The notes below the pieces were generated by a model. The model saw nothing but the letters and a program-made list of their open reading frames with translations, did no database searches and had not been told where the DNA came from. The position numbers were made by a program, and so were the translations under genes. Source: Dehalococcoidia bacterium (GTDB lineage Bacteria; Chloroflexota; Dehalococcoidia; SZUA-161; SpSt-899). Taken from it: 64,000 bases of DNA. Below are positions 29,642 through 38,813 of this stretch, piece after piece. How positions within the stretch are numbered: position 1 is the first letter of the stretch; every line of letters begins with the position of its first letter. Where the stretch lies: assembly GCA_048539495.1 (NCBI GenBank), contig JBLYPS010000003.1, positions 31,486 through 95,485 on the forward strand, in the 5' to 3' direction.

Positions 29642-30130
29642 ATGAAAACGACGAATTACTTCACAACCAGCGTCACGGTGCGTCGTCCTTATCTCAAGAT
29701 GAAATGGATCGAATATGTGCTCAATAGTCCTATCTGCACAGAGGTGCAAGCTAATGGACGTATTCGTCATTGGGCACTGATAGTAGAAACTGGTAAGTAC
29801 CTGCGAGTGGTTACAGAACCAGACGGAAAAACAATACATAATGCTTTTTTGATCGCCGTTTTAAGCCCTAAAAGAGGAGGAGGTAGGAAAAAGATGGTTT
29901 TTCAATACCACCCGGATACTGATATGCTTTACCTAAAACTTGTCGAGGGGGTAAGTACGGAGTCTGAAGAAGTTACGCCTGGCATTGTGCTTGACTTCGA
30001 CGAACACAATCGGGTTATCGGCATTGAGATTGAGGACGCCAGCAACTTTGTTGATTTATCTCGTTTAGAAGTCTTAGCCTTGCCTGTCGCTAACCTGATA
30101 CTCAGTGAGCGAGTGTCTGCAAAGGTGTAG
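29642..30130 (+). CDS. DUF4258-DUF2283 fusion protein (normally a two-gene toxin-antitoxin-like pair)
   Basis: The C-terminal half 'MVFQYHPDTDMLYLKLVEG...GIVLDFDEHNRVIGIEIEDAS' resembles DUF2283. The N-terminal half resembles DUF4258. No stop codon separates them. Confidence 0.45.
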   Translation: MKTTNYFTTSVTVRRPYLKMKWIEYVLNSPICTEVQANGRIRHWALIVETGKYLRVVTEPDGKTIHNAFLIAVLSPKRGGGRKKMVFQYHPDTDMLYLKLVEGVSTESEEVTPGIVLDFDEHNRVIGIEIEDASNFVDLSRLEVLALPVANLILSERVSAKV

Positions 30131-30382
30131 TATAGTCAGTATTATCAACAGCGGTGGCCTAACAAGCGATTGCAGCCGACCGCCCTCGGCCCGGGTAGGC
30201 GTGGCGTGTCTTGCCATCAATCCTTCTGGTTATTAGAGCGAGTCTTGCCAGAGTCGGCGGCGGCTGAACCGCGTGCCGTTAGGCTTTCTTCTACAGACAG
30301 GGATATGTCTGAAATAGTTCAGGTATATTCCCCAAAACGGCGGGATATGCGAACTTGGCTCCGATAGGAACGAGAGAAGTTA

Positions 30383-30469
30383 ATGAGTCAAAAAGCTTTC
30401 TTAGCAAGGCTCGTAGCAAAGTTGGAGCATTCTGGGATTCCCTATATGATTTCAGGGTCATTAGGCTGA
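30383..30469 (+). pseudogene. N-terminal remnant of a nucleotidyltransferase, paralogous to the 7236-7802 gene
   Basis: It encodes 'MSQKAFLARLVAKLEHSGIPYMISGSLG*', which parallels 'MSQQELLKKVIQALDQAGIQYMITGSIVSS' in the 7236-7802 gene. Confidence 0.4.
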
Positions 30470-30628
30470 GAAATTACAGCTTCCTGAATAAAGTGGAAGA
30501 ATCGTGACGGCAGATAACCCATGGTTCACGGCTCCGCTTCGCACCGCCCAACTCAGCTTTGCTGAGTTCGTGAACCCCGAAACCGTTAGACGACGTGCAC
30601 GGTTCCGCACTAAACAAAAAGGAGGGAT

Positions 30629-30949
30629 TTGTCAATGTCGTTAGTTAAAACCGGATACGAGCACGTCACCATTGATGAAGTTGGCGTGCCAATTATTACA
30701 GGCACTACGATGAAGGTGGTCGAACTTGTGATTGAGAGAACAGCATACGGCTGGAGTCCGGAAGAACTCCACTTCCAACACCCATATTTGACCTTGGGGC
30801 AAATCCATTCAGCCCTGGCATACTATTGGGACCATGTGGAGGAACTAGGGCAGGACATTGAACGTCGCCTGCACCACGTCGAACAGGTATGCCAAAAAGT
30901 CGGGCCCTCGCCGTTGGTGGCCCGACTGAAAGCCAAAGGATTGCTATAA
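30629..30949 (+). CDS. DUF433 protein (antitoxin-like)
   Basis: The 'VPIITGTTMKVVELVIERTAYGWSPEEL...LTLGQIHSALAYY' segment resembles DUF433. Its stop overlaps the partner gene's start as TAATG. Confidence 0.6.
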   Translation: MSMSLVKTGYEHVTIDEVGVPIITGTTMKVVELVIERTAYGWSPEELHFQHPYLTLGQIHSALAYYWDHVEELGQDIERRLHHVEQVCQKVGPSPLVARLKAKGLL

Positions 30950-31296
30950 TGGCGATTGCCTTTTATATGGACACCCATATTCCCAGGGTCATTACGATTG
31001 GGTTGCGCCTCCGTGGAGTTGAGGTCATCACAGCGCAAGAGGACAATGCAACCGATCTGTCTGATCCTGGGCTACTTGATCGGGCCACGGGTCTGCGACG
31101 GGTGCTGTTTACCTTTGACGACGACTTGTTGGCTGAGGCCACACGACGCCAATTAGAGGGTATTCCTTTTGCAGGTGTGATTTATGCTCATCCCTTACGC
31201 GTGTCAATTGGAACTTGTGTCAACGATCTAGAACTTATTGCTAGAGTGGGAGAACCTGAAGATCTAGCGAATCGAACGGAGTTCTTGCCGTTTTGA
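30949..31296 (+). CDS. DUF5615 protein (PIN-like toxin-like partner)
   Basis: The 'MAIAFYMDTHIPRVITIGLRLRGVEVITAQE' segment resembles DUF5615. It has a 1-nt overlap with the DUF433 gene. Confidence 0.55.
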   Translation: MAIAFYMDTHIPRVITIGLRLRGVEVITAQEDNATDLSDPGLLDRATGLRRVLFTFDDDLLAEATRRQLEGIPFAGVIYAHPLRVSIGTCVNDLELIARVGEPEDLANRTEFLPF

Positions 31297-31343
31297 GAAC
31301 CCCGTGACGTTTTCGATTGACCAGGCACGTCACCTAACATAGC

Positions 31344-32012
31344 ATGAAAAGGTCGCTAATGTACTTTAAAGCCGTAGTCTTCGATCTCGACGGAACGCTT
31401 CTTGACACGCTGGAAGATATTGCCCACTCCGCAAATACTGTGCTGGCAAGACGCGGCTTCCCCACACACAGCCTGGACGACTACCGTTATTTCGTGGGCG
31501 AAGGGGTGACTACGCTTATTACCCGCGTGCTGCCCGACGAGAAACGGAACGATGACACCATAGCGGAGTGCGTAAGGGCATTTCGGGAAGAGTATGGTCG
31601 TAACTGGAATGTGAAGACGACGCCATATGACGGTGTGCCGCAGATGCTCGATGAGCTGGCGTCGCGCCATCTAAAACTGGCAGTGCTCTCCAACAAGCCG
31701 GATGATTTCACCAAAAAATGTGTCACGGAACTCCTGCCAGACTGGACATTCGAGATAGTTTTGGGCCTCCACAGTGGAATTCCGCCCAAGCCGGACCCAA
31801 CAGGTGCCTCTCAGGTAGCTGAGTACTTGAGTGTCCCGCCGTCACGCATCCTCTACGTGGGGGATTCCGGCATAGATATGAAGACAGCCATCGCTGCCGG
31901 CATGTTCCCGCTAGGGGTACTCTGGGGATTCAGGTCACAAGAGGAGCTCCAGGATAACGGGGCGCAGGCACTGATCTCACGACCACAGGAGATTTTGGCT
32001 GTCTTGTATTAG
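31344..32012 (+). CDS. HAD-superfamily phosphatase (phosphoglycolate phosphatase-like)
   Basis: Motif I 'VVFDLDGTLLDT', 'LSNKP' and 'VGDSGIDMKTA' are present. The 5' 138 bp of this gene are duplicated at 34962-35100. Confidence 0.7.
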   Translation: MKRSLMYFKAVVFDLDGTLLDTLEDIAHSANTVLARRGFPTHSLDDYRYFVGEGVTTLITRVLPDEKRNDDTIAECVRAFREEYGRNWNVKTTPYDGVPQMLDELASRHLKLAVLSNKPDDFTKKCVTELLPDWTFEIVLGLHSGIPPKPDPTGASQVAEYLSVPPSRILYVGDSGIDMKTAIAAGMFPLGVLWGFRSQEELQDNGAQALISRPQEILAVLY

Positions 32013-33061
32013 CTATCAGCTTTCAGAAGGGGAGGGGGACCCCTGACTCTTGACTCTTGACTAAAAGACAGCAGGTCGCACTTGTTGCCCACCACCAGCA
32101 CCGCTCTGCTATCCAGGAGCTCGATGACCTCGAAATCGGCGGCATTAAGCGGTTCGCTGATATCAGTCACCAGCAGGACAAGCGCCGCCTGCTCAATGGC
32201 CTTACGGCTCCGCTCCACGCCCAGGGTCTCGATCACATCTTCGCTGTGAGTGATCCCCGCGGTGTCGATCAGAACGAAAGTCACTCCTTCTAAGTTCACT
32301 ACCTCTTCCAGAGTATCGCGGGTGGTGCCGGGGATGGGGATCACGATGGCCCGATTCTCCCGTAACAACCGATTCAACAAGCTCGACTTCCCCACATTCG
32401 GCCGTCCCACGATGGCCGTCCGCACGCCCTGACGATAGACGATACCGACATCGGCGCCGGCGATGAGTTCATCCAGCTCGAAGTGTGCTTTCTTGATTGG
32501 CTCCAGGGCATCCTGTTCCTCGACCTCGTCCTCGGGGAAATCAATTCTCGCAGTGAGGTAGGCCAGCACGGATAGTAAGTCGTTCCGTATCAACCTAATT
32601 TGCCCGGAGAGCCTTCCCCCCAATCCCTGCACCGCCAGGCGGAGGCTGGCCTGCGTCCTGGCCTGCACGATGTCCAGGACCGACTCCGCCTGCGAGAGGT
32701 CAATCCTGCCGTTCAGGAATGCCCTCAGCGTGAATTCGCCCGGCTCAGCCAGCCGGGCTCCGAGCTTAAGTGTAAGTCCCAGTATATGCTGCAGAGGCAC
32801 AATGCCACCGTGACAGTTGATCTCTACGATGTCCTCCCGGGTATAGGTGTGGGGAGCAGCCATATAGGCCACCAGCACCTCATCAACCACCTCGCAGGTT
32901 CCGGGATCGATTATGTGCCCGTAGCTCAGTCGGCGGTCCGAGAGCCTCTTATCAAAAAGTTTTGTCGCAATCGAGCAGGCGTCCTGCCCGCTGAGACGGA
33001 CGATCCTGATCCCGCCCTCGCCAATGGGGGTAGAGATAGCTGCGATGGTATCTTGATACAT
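32009..33061 (-). pseudogene. mnmE: tRNA modification GTPase MnmE, 3'-truncated
   Basis: The N-domain 'IAAISTPIGEGGIRIVRLSG', 'GEFTLRAFLNGRIDLSQAE', and G-domain motifs G1 to G4 ('GRPNVGKSS', 'DTAG', 'NKCDL') are present. The ORF ends in a repeat-derived tail 'SQESRVRGPPPLLKADS'. It lacks the C-terminal helical domain and the CxGK motif. The 3' end abuts the convergent HAD gene. Confidence 0.55.
32013..32065. repeat. G-rich core plus heptamer array at the mnmE truncation point
   Basis: The sequence is 'ttcagaaggggagggggacccctgactcttgactcttgactaaaag'. Confidence 0.5.
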
Positions 33062-33234
33062 AGCTATCTTACGAGTTTCGAGTTTTGGGTTTAGAGATCT
33101 CCCCCTCTCCCCGCCTCAACACTCAATATTCTATGCTCAACACTTACAGTATAGCTTTTCTAGCGATGGCAAACAAGAAGACGCTATTTGAGTTTCAAAA
33201 ATCGTCTTTTTGGGATAGAATATAAATAAGCGTT

Positions 33235-33300
33235 TGCCGAGGATAAACCTCGGCACTACGTTTTGCTGCGTAGCGCGGGGGCTTGTCCCCCGCCGGTGCC
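33235..33300. repeat. Double-hairpin REP-like element (family G), inverted copy
   Basis: It contains 'gccgaggataaacctcggc' and 'gcgggggcttgtcccccgc', matching the copy at 4418-4470. Confidence 0.5.
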
Positions 33301-33327
33301 CTTGCAGAGGGAATCGAGGTACTGACT

Positions 33328-33891
33328 TTGGATAGGAGATGTATCCTTATACTAGGGGGAGCGCGCAGCGGGAAGAGCCGCTTTGCCGAGAATCTGGCGG
33401 GCACTATCAGCGGCAAGGTTCTCTTCATTGCCACTGCCGAGGCCCTCGATGAGGAAATGAAGACACGGATCGCGGAACACCAGCGCCAGCGTCCAAGCTC
33501 CTGGCAGACTCTGGAGGCACCCACCGATGTGACCAAGGGAATTGCCGCGCGGATCGGCGATGCTGAGATCGTGCTCATCGATTGTCTCACTTTGCTGGTC
33601 TCGAATCTCATGCTGGGCGAAGAACGAGGGCTCTCGGAATCGGGCGGGCTCGACACCAAGGATGCCGAGAATCGCGTCGTGGCGGAAATAGAAACACTGG
33701 CTGAATTCATCCAAAAGACAAGTGCAACCTTCATCATCGTCTCCAACGAGGTCGGACTCGGCCTCGTGTCGGAGAACAGGCTGGGGCGGGTGTATTGTGA
33801 CCTTCTGGGAAGAGCCAACCAACTGATCGCCCGATATGCCAATGAAGTCTATTTCATGGTCGCCGGCATTCCAATGAAGGTGAAAGGATAA
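33328..33891 (+). CDS. cobU: Adenosylcobinamide kinase / adenosylcobinamide-phosphate guanylyltransferase
   Basis: A P-loop '[16 protein letters not shown]' is present. The start is probably the TTG at 33328, because the upstream part of the predicted ORF is occupied by the family G repeat. Confidence 0.7.
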   Translation: MDRRCILILGGARSGKSRFAENLAGTISGKVLFIATAEALDEEMKTRIAEHQRQRPSSWQTLEAPTDVTKGIAARIGDAEIVLIDCLTLLVSNLMLGEERGLSESGGLDTKDAENRVVAEIETLAEFIQKTSATFIIVSNEVGLGLVSENRLGRVYCDLLGRANQLIARYANEVYFMVAGIPMKVKG

Positions 33892-33893
33892 CC

Positions 33894-34808
33894 ATGACCG
33901 CCAAAACGCTGATGATCCAGGGTACCGGCTCCTCGGTCGGCAAGAGCATCATTGTTACCGCCCTGTGTCGTATCATGCATCAGGATGGTTTCAACGCAGC
34001 ACCATTCAAGTCGCAAAACATGTCGCTGAACTCCTTTGTGACCCGAGACGGCCTGGAGATGGCACGAGCCCAGGCGGTGCAGGCTGAAGCCGCGGGCATT
34101 GAGCCGTGCGTGGATATGAATCCGGTGCTGCTCAAGCCCGAGGCCGATGCCCGGTCACAGGTGGTGGTTATGGGGAAGCCATGGATGACCATCAGCGCCC
34201 GTGACTACTACCGGCACACGCCCGATCTTTTTCCCATAATCGAAGGGTCCCTGGATCGACTGCGTTCCCGGTACGACATCGTAATAATCGAAGGTGCCGG
34301 GAGCCCGGCGGAGATAAACCTCCGCCGCTTCGAGATGGTGAATATGAGCATCGCCAGGCTGGCTCAGTCACCGGTTCTGCTCGTGGGAGACATTGATAAA
34401 GGCGGGGTTTTCGCCTCCCTCGTAGGAACCATCGTCCTCCTCCAGGACGAGGAAAGGGAGAGAATCAAGGGTTTCATCATCAATAAATTCCGTGGTGATG
34501 TCTCCATTCTCCAACCGGGGCTCGATTACCTGGAGGACCACACCGGCATTGCGGTTCTCGGCGTGGTGCCCTACTATCACAACATCATGATCGATGAAGA
34601 GGACTCCATACATCAACCCTACCTCCACGGGCTCTTCGACAACGAACGCTTTCGACGTGGCTTGCTGCACAATATAAAGCCTGACTGCCCGCTCGAAATG
34701 AAAAGCGAGATGCCTTTCAGAGAGGAGCAATATGATAAACTCGCCATGATCGTGCGGCAGAGTCTTGATATGGAGCGTATCTACACTTTACTATCTCACT
34801 CTCTCTAG
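33894..34808 (+). pseudogene. cobQ: Cobyric acid synthase CobQ/CbiP, N-terminal ATPase half only
   Basis: The CobQ N-domain '[11 protein letters not shown]' and the '[16 protein letters not shown]' junction are present. The ORF stops before the glutamine amidotransferase domain. It is followed by a duplicated fragment of the HAD gene. Confidence 0.5.
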
Positions 34809-34961
34809 CCTGTGATGTAGCAGCGTCATTGCCTTTGATTCAAGCAAACCTAACACTAGGGGTGCTAGTAAGCCGCGGCATGGGACGAGAGATAATTTGT
34901 CCAATCCTTTTCGCTACTGGGTTAATCTATATGCCAAGAAGTTGTGCTTGGCATTACCAGG

Positions 34962-35100
34962 GATCGCTAATGTACTTTAAAGTCGTAGTCTTCGATCTCG
35001 ACGGAACGCTTCTTGACACGCTGGAAGATATTGCCAACTCCGTAAATACTGTCCTGGCAAGACGCGGCTTCCCCACACACAGCCTGGACGACTACCGCTC
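34962..35100 (+). repeat. Segmental duplicate of the 5' end of the HAD phosphatase gene
   Basis: It is about 95% identical to 31352-31490 and encodes 'MYFKVVVFDLDGTLLDTLEDIANSVNTVLARRGFPTHSLDDYR'. It is then interrupted by the family F repeat. Confidence 0.7.
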
Positions 35101-35103
35101 CAA

Positions 35104-35157
35104 AGGGTAGGGGCAAATTTATTCGCCCTGTCGGGGGAGGCTTTAGCCTCCCCTACC
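35104..35157. repeat. Nested-hairpin REP-like element (family F)
   Basis: 'gggtagggg' and 'gggcaaatttattcgccc' and 'gggaggctttagcctccc' and 'ctaccc' form the nested structure. An inverted copy is at 36604-36658. Confidence 0.55.
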
Positions 35158-35794
35158 TGTTTTCGCTGACTGCTGACCGCTGCAGATGGCAGGTGTCATT
35201 CAGCACGATGAACGCCGCTCCATAGGGTGAGGTCTCCATGATGGTGACCGAGGCGCTGCCGAGGCGCACCTGCCACCAGTGCTCCAGGCCAATTCCCAGC
35301 AGCAGGCAGATAAGCACTTGCAGCGAGCCCCCGTGAGCCACCACTAACACCGTTTCCTCGGGTTCATATCCCTTCAGCTCCTCGGCGAACTGGGCCACCC
35401 TGGCGCCAAGTTGAGCTATGCTCTCACCGTTAGGGAGACGAATTTCCGGACTTCTGGTTCGCCAGGCTTGAAGATCGCCGGCGATCCGGGGGTAGTTCTC
35501 CTTGATCTCGTCGAAGGTCATTCCTTCAGCCTGGCCGAAGTCCATCTCCCTCAATAACGCTGTTTGACGGATCTCCGCCATGCCGTGCATCGAGGCGATG
35601 CTCCGAGCAGTTTCACACGCCCGGGAGAGGTCGCTGGAGTAGATAACATCTATCCTCTCACCGGCAAGTCGATCCCTCACCCTTGCCGCCTGTTCGATCC
35701 CATTGTCGTTCAAGTGGATATCGCTGTGGCCCTGATACCGAAACGACTTGTTCCACTCCGTCTCGCCGTGCCTTACAAGTATAAGCCTAGCCAA
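35153..35794 (-). CDS. cobC: Alpha-ribazole phosphatase (histidine phosphatase family)
   Basis: The 'LVRHGETEWN' RHG motif is present. The gene is adjacent to cobS and cobT. Confidence 0.75.
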   Translation of the reverse strand: MARLILVRHGETEWNKSFRYQGHSDIHLNDNGIEQAARVRDRLAGERIDVIYSSDLSRACETARSIASMHGMAEIRQTALLREMDFGQAEGMTFDEIKENYPRIAGDLQAWRTRSPEIRLPNGESIAQLGARVAQFAEELKGYEPEETVLVVAHGGSLQVLICLLLGIGLEHWWQVRLGSASVTIMETSPYGAAFIVLNDTCHLQRSAVSENR

Positions 35795-36567
35795 CTTGTT
35801 CCTCCTAGTTTACCGATTATGATGATCAGAATCAGCGTCGCTACCTCGGAAAGCTCGATTATAGCACCATAGGTATCGCCCGTAAGTCCGCCGAGGCGTG
35901 AGCTGAGAGTTCTCGCCAGCAGAAAGCTGGTAACCCAAACCACAACCACCATCGCTACCCCGGCGTAACTCAGAAAAGCCGCTGCTGCAGCTACGGCGAT
36001 CACCGTTGCCATGCCCATCTTCAGCCAGCTCGCCTGCTTCTTGAACACCTGGCCCAGTCCCTCCTTCTTAGCGGAGGGGAAGGCAGTGATAGCGTAGGTA
36101 GCACTCCATCTACTCAGGGTAGGCATCAGCAGGAGCGCTGCCGCTCTCAACCCCACCGGCATGGTTATCAGCGAGATAACTTTAAGCAGGATGAGGCAGC
36201 ATGCCCCCACCACCCCGAACCCCCCCACCCGGCTATCGGCCATCACCCTGAGCCTTTCGGCCGCGGAGCTCCTCAAGGCAAACCCATCGCAGGTGTCCAT
36301 CAATCCATCGAGATGGAGCGCACCAGTGAAGAGAATAAGCGAAACGACCAGTAAGGCGCTCACGAGCAGCGGAGGCAGGAAGAGTCCCAGTAGCTGGTCG
36401 AGCCCCAACAGGATCGCCCCCAATATAAGCCCCACCAGCGAGAAGTAGCTTATCGAGCGGCCAATCCCGCTCTCACTGAAGCCTCGGCCTCCTGGGGCAG
36501 GGAATACGGTGAGAAACTGCCAGGCAGTCCAGAAACCCAAATCGTCTCCTCTCCGTTCAAGGTTCAA
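35773..36567 (-). CDS. cobS: Adenosylcobinamide-GDP ribazoletransferase (cobalamin synthase)
   Basis: The 264-aa polytopic membrane protein has a CobS-like profile 'LLVSLILFTGALHLDGLMDTCDG'. Confidence 0.8.
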   Translation of the reverse strand: MNLERRGDDLGFWTAWQFLTVFPAPGGRGFSESGIGRSISYFSLVGLILGAILLGLDQLLGLFLPPLLVSALLVVSLILFTGALHLDGLMDTCDGFALRSSAAERLRVMADSRVGGFGVVGACCLILLKVISLITMPVGLRAAALLLMPTLSRWSATYAITAFPSAKKEGLGQVFKKQASWLKMGMATVIAVAAAAAFLSYAGVAMVVVVWVTSFLLARTLSSRLGGLTGDTYGAIIELSEVATLILIIIIGKLGGTSWLGLYL

Positions 36568-36603
36568 GGTTCAAAGTTGCGGCTTGTTCCGAGCGCGGGC
36601 TCT

Positions 36604-36658
36604 AGGGTAGGGGCGAATAAATTCGCCCTGTGGCGGGAGGCTAAAGCCTCCCCTACCC
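36604..36658. repeat. Nested-hairpin REP-like element (family F), inverted copy
   Basis: The sequence is 'gggtaggggcgaataaattcgccctgtggcgggaggctaaagcctcccctaccc'. It lies between cobT and cobS. Confidence 0.55.
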
Positions 36659-37720
36659 AACCTCTTCCGATTCGGAGACCCCGGCCTCCTCAAAGGTGGC
36701 CATCTCGTCCAGGACCTTCGTTGCAGCCTCAGCAATGCTTATTGCTAAGGCTGCCCCAGTGCCTTCCCCAAGGCGCATCCTGAGGTTGAGCAGCGCGGTG
36801 AGCCCCAGGTGCTCCAGTGCCACCCGGTGCCCGGCTTCCACCGATAGATGGGCGGCGATGAAATATTCTCTGGCAGTCGGCGAGAGCCCCGCAGCGATGA
36901 GCGCCGCTGCCCCGGAGATGAAACCATCAATGACCACCGGGATGCGGTTTGCTGCTGCTCCCAGCATAACGCCGGCGAGCCCGCCGATTTCAAATCCCCC
37001 TACCCTGGCCAGCACATCGAGGGGATCATCAGGATTGGGTTGGTTCACCTGGAGCGCTTTTTCAATTACCGCCACTTTGTGGGTCAGTTGCTCATCCCGC
37101 AGACCGGTACCGCGGCCGGTGACCTCGACCACCGGCTTGCCGGTCATCACGGCACAGACGGCACTTGATGCGGTGGTGTTGCCAATCCCCATATCGCCGG
37201 TGCCCACTATATCCAATCCTTTGGCGATCTCCGACTCAAGCACCTCGATCCCCGCCTCAATGGCATCCAGCGCCTGCTGCCGGCTCATAGCCGGTTCGCG
37301 GGCGATGTTTTTGGTGCCGAAATCAATCATCTTACAGAGAAGCCCGGAATGGGGTTCGCATCCACCGATAACGCCCATATCCACCACCACAACCCTTGCC
37401 CCCACATGGCGGGCGAGGACATTGATACCCGCCCCTCCTCCCAGAAAGTTGAGCACCATCTGCCCGGTTACCTCCTGGGGATAGAGGCTTATCCCCTCGG
37501 CTGCCACGCCGTGATCAGCAGCCATAGTGATGATGGCCTTGTGCCGAATCTTCGGCCGGGGATTCCCCGTTATCCCGGCGATAAGGATGGCAAGGTCTTC
37601 AAGCTGTCCCAGGCTGCCCTGAGGCTTGGTGAGTGTATCCTGGCGCCTTCTGGCGGTCTCCATTGCCTCCAAATTCAGAGGCTTTATTGCCCCAAGTGTT
37701 TCGGTTAGGGATTTGGTCAT
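36653..37720 (-). CDS. cobT: Nicotinate-nucleotide--dimethylbenzimidazole phosphoribosyltransferase
   Basis: 'GDMGIGNTT', 'GGGAGINV' and the overall CobT fold are present in a 355-aa product. Confidence 0.85.
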   Translation of the reverse strand: MTKSLTETLGAIKPLNLEAMETARRRQDTLTKPQGSLGQLEDLAILIAGITGNPRPKIRHKAIITMAADHGVAAEGISLYPQEVTGQMVLNFLGGGAGINVLARHVGARVVVVDMGVIGGCEPHSGLLCKMIDFGTKNIAREPAMSRQQALDAIEAGIEVLESEIAKGLDIVGTGDMGIGNTTASSAVCAVMTGKPVVEVTGRGTGLRDEQLTHKVAVIEKALQVNQPNPDDPLDVLARVGGFEIGGLAGVMLGAAANRIPVVIDGFISGAAALIAAGLSPTAREYFIAAHLSVEAGHRVALEHLGLTALLNLRMRLGEGTGAALAISIAEAATKVLDEMATFEEAGVSESEEVG

Positions 37721-37882
37721 CGCATTATCCTCCTAATATATACAGTCTTACCGCAACTGCGCAAGTCCTGCCTATCTGAAACCAGAGTAAATTTCTCCGG
37801 CCGAGCGTATCCTTTAAGACAAGTCCTGTTCTCAAAGACGCTCAAATCGGATCTCGTCCAAAAGGTACCGCCAGTTCCTAAA

Positions 37883-37971
<89 letters not shown>

Positions 37972-38022
37972 CATGTATCCTGCTCGGCAATTGTATCCAG
38001 GGATATACTCAGCCGCTCGAAA

Positions 38023-38108
38023 GCGGAGGGGGTGGGATTCGAACCCACGGTCACCAGAGATGACACCGCTTTTCGAGAGCGGCACCTTAAGCCACTCGGT
38101 CACCCCTC
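38023..38108 (-). tRNA. tRNA-Ser (anticodon CGA)
   Basis: The reverse complement reads GGAGGGGTGACCGAGTGGCTTAAGGTGCCGCTCTCGAAAAGCGGTGTCATCTCTGGTGACCGTGGGTTCGAATCCCACCCCCTCCG. It has a CCGCT/AGCGG anticodon stem with the loop CTCGAAA, a long variable arm, and no encoded CCA. Confidence 0.85.
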
Positions 38109-38813
38109 CGGGCCTGTTCTTGAAGCTAAATTAGCGATTGTAAGCACTTACCCCATTAGACATAACAAGGTTTTGCTGATAATTTGCTAATAATGATTTT
38201 GAACGGCTTCTTTTTCACACCTGCCATTAAGCAGTTTATCAAAACTCTGGGCTGCCTCCTCTTGAAGTCCAGGAGCAACGTGGGAGTAGGTGTCGAAGGT
38301 TATCTGAATAACTGGCATAGCCTAACCGATCCTGGACTATCTTGGGGTGTACTCCCTACTTCAGCATTAGTGAGACGCGGGTGCGGATTTCGCTCAAAGC
38401 CACCCGGTTCGCCAAACCGGCCACCTTCTCGGTCGAAACCGGCCACCTGCCCTAGAAGTAGCCGGGGGTCGGAGCGACACTAGGCTTATTTCAGTTTAGC
38501 TCAAGTTGGTGTCAATTGCAAATCCCTCCTTTCGCTCGTTTTTCTGATTTGCCACCGGGGTGGGGGGGGTGAGGGAAAAGCGTCAGATTGACATTGCGAT
38601 GGCTGCGTAGCTCATTATGAGGATTCTAGGGCTTTCTTGTTGCCCAGCTCTACTCCAGCTCCTCTCCGAGTCCTCTTCGACTAATTGGGCTCCATCTAGA
38701 AGTGGCCGATTTGCTCCGTGAAGGTGGCCGATTAACTCCGAAAAACGCACGCTGCACGCACACTCGGACGAACCGGAACCAGATTTTCATTCTCCACATT
38801 AGCTTTAGTAGAA

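Noticed and set aside
37721-37882. Cobalamin riboswitch upstream of cobT
   Set aside because: No recognizable B12-box (GCCACTG-like) or conserved core was seen in either orientation. A definitive check would need a covariance-model scan (Rfam RF00174).
38184-38483. 99-aa ORF in the noncoding region next to the tRNAs
   Set aside because: Proline/arginine-rich low-complexity translation, no ribosome-binding site, and opposite in orientation to the surrounding transcription. Probably noncoding.
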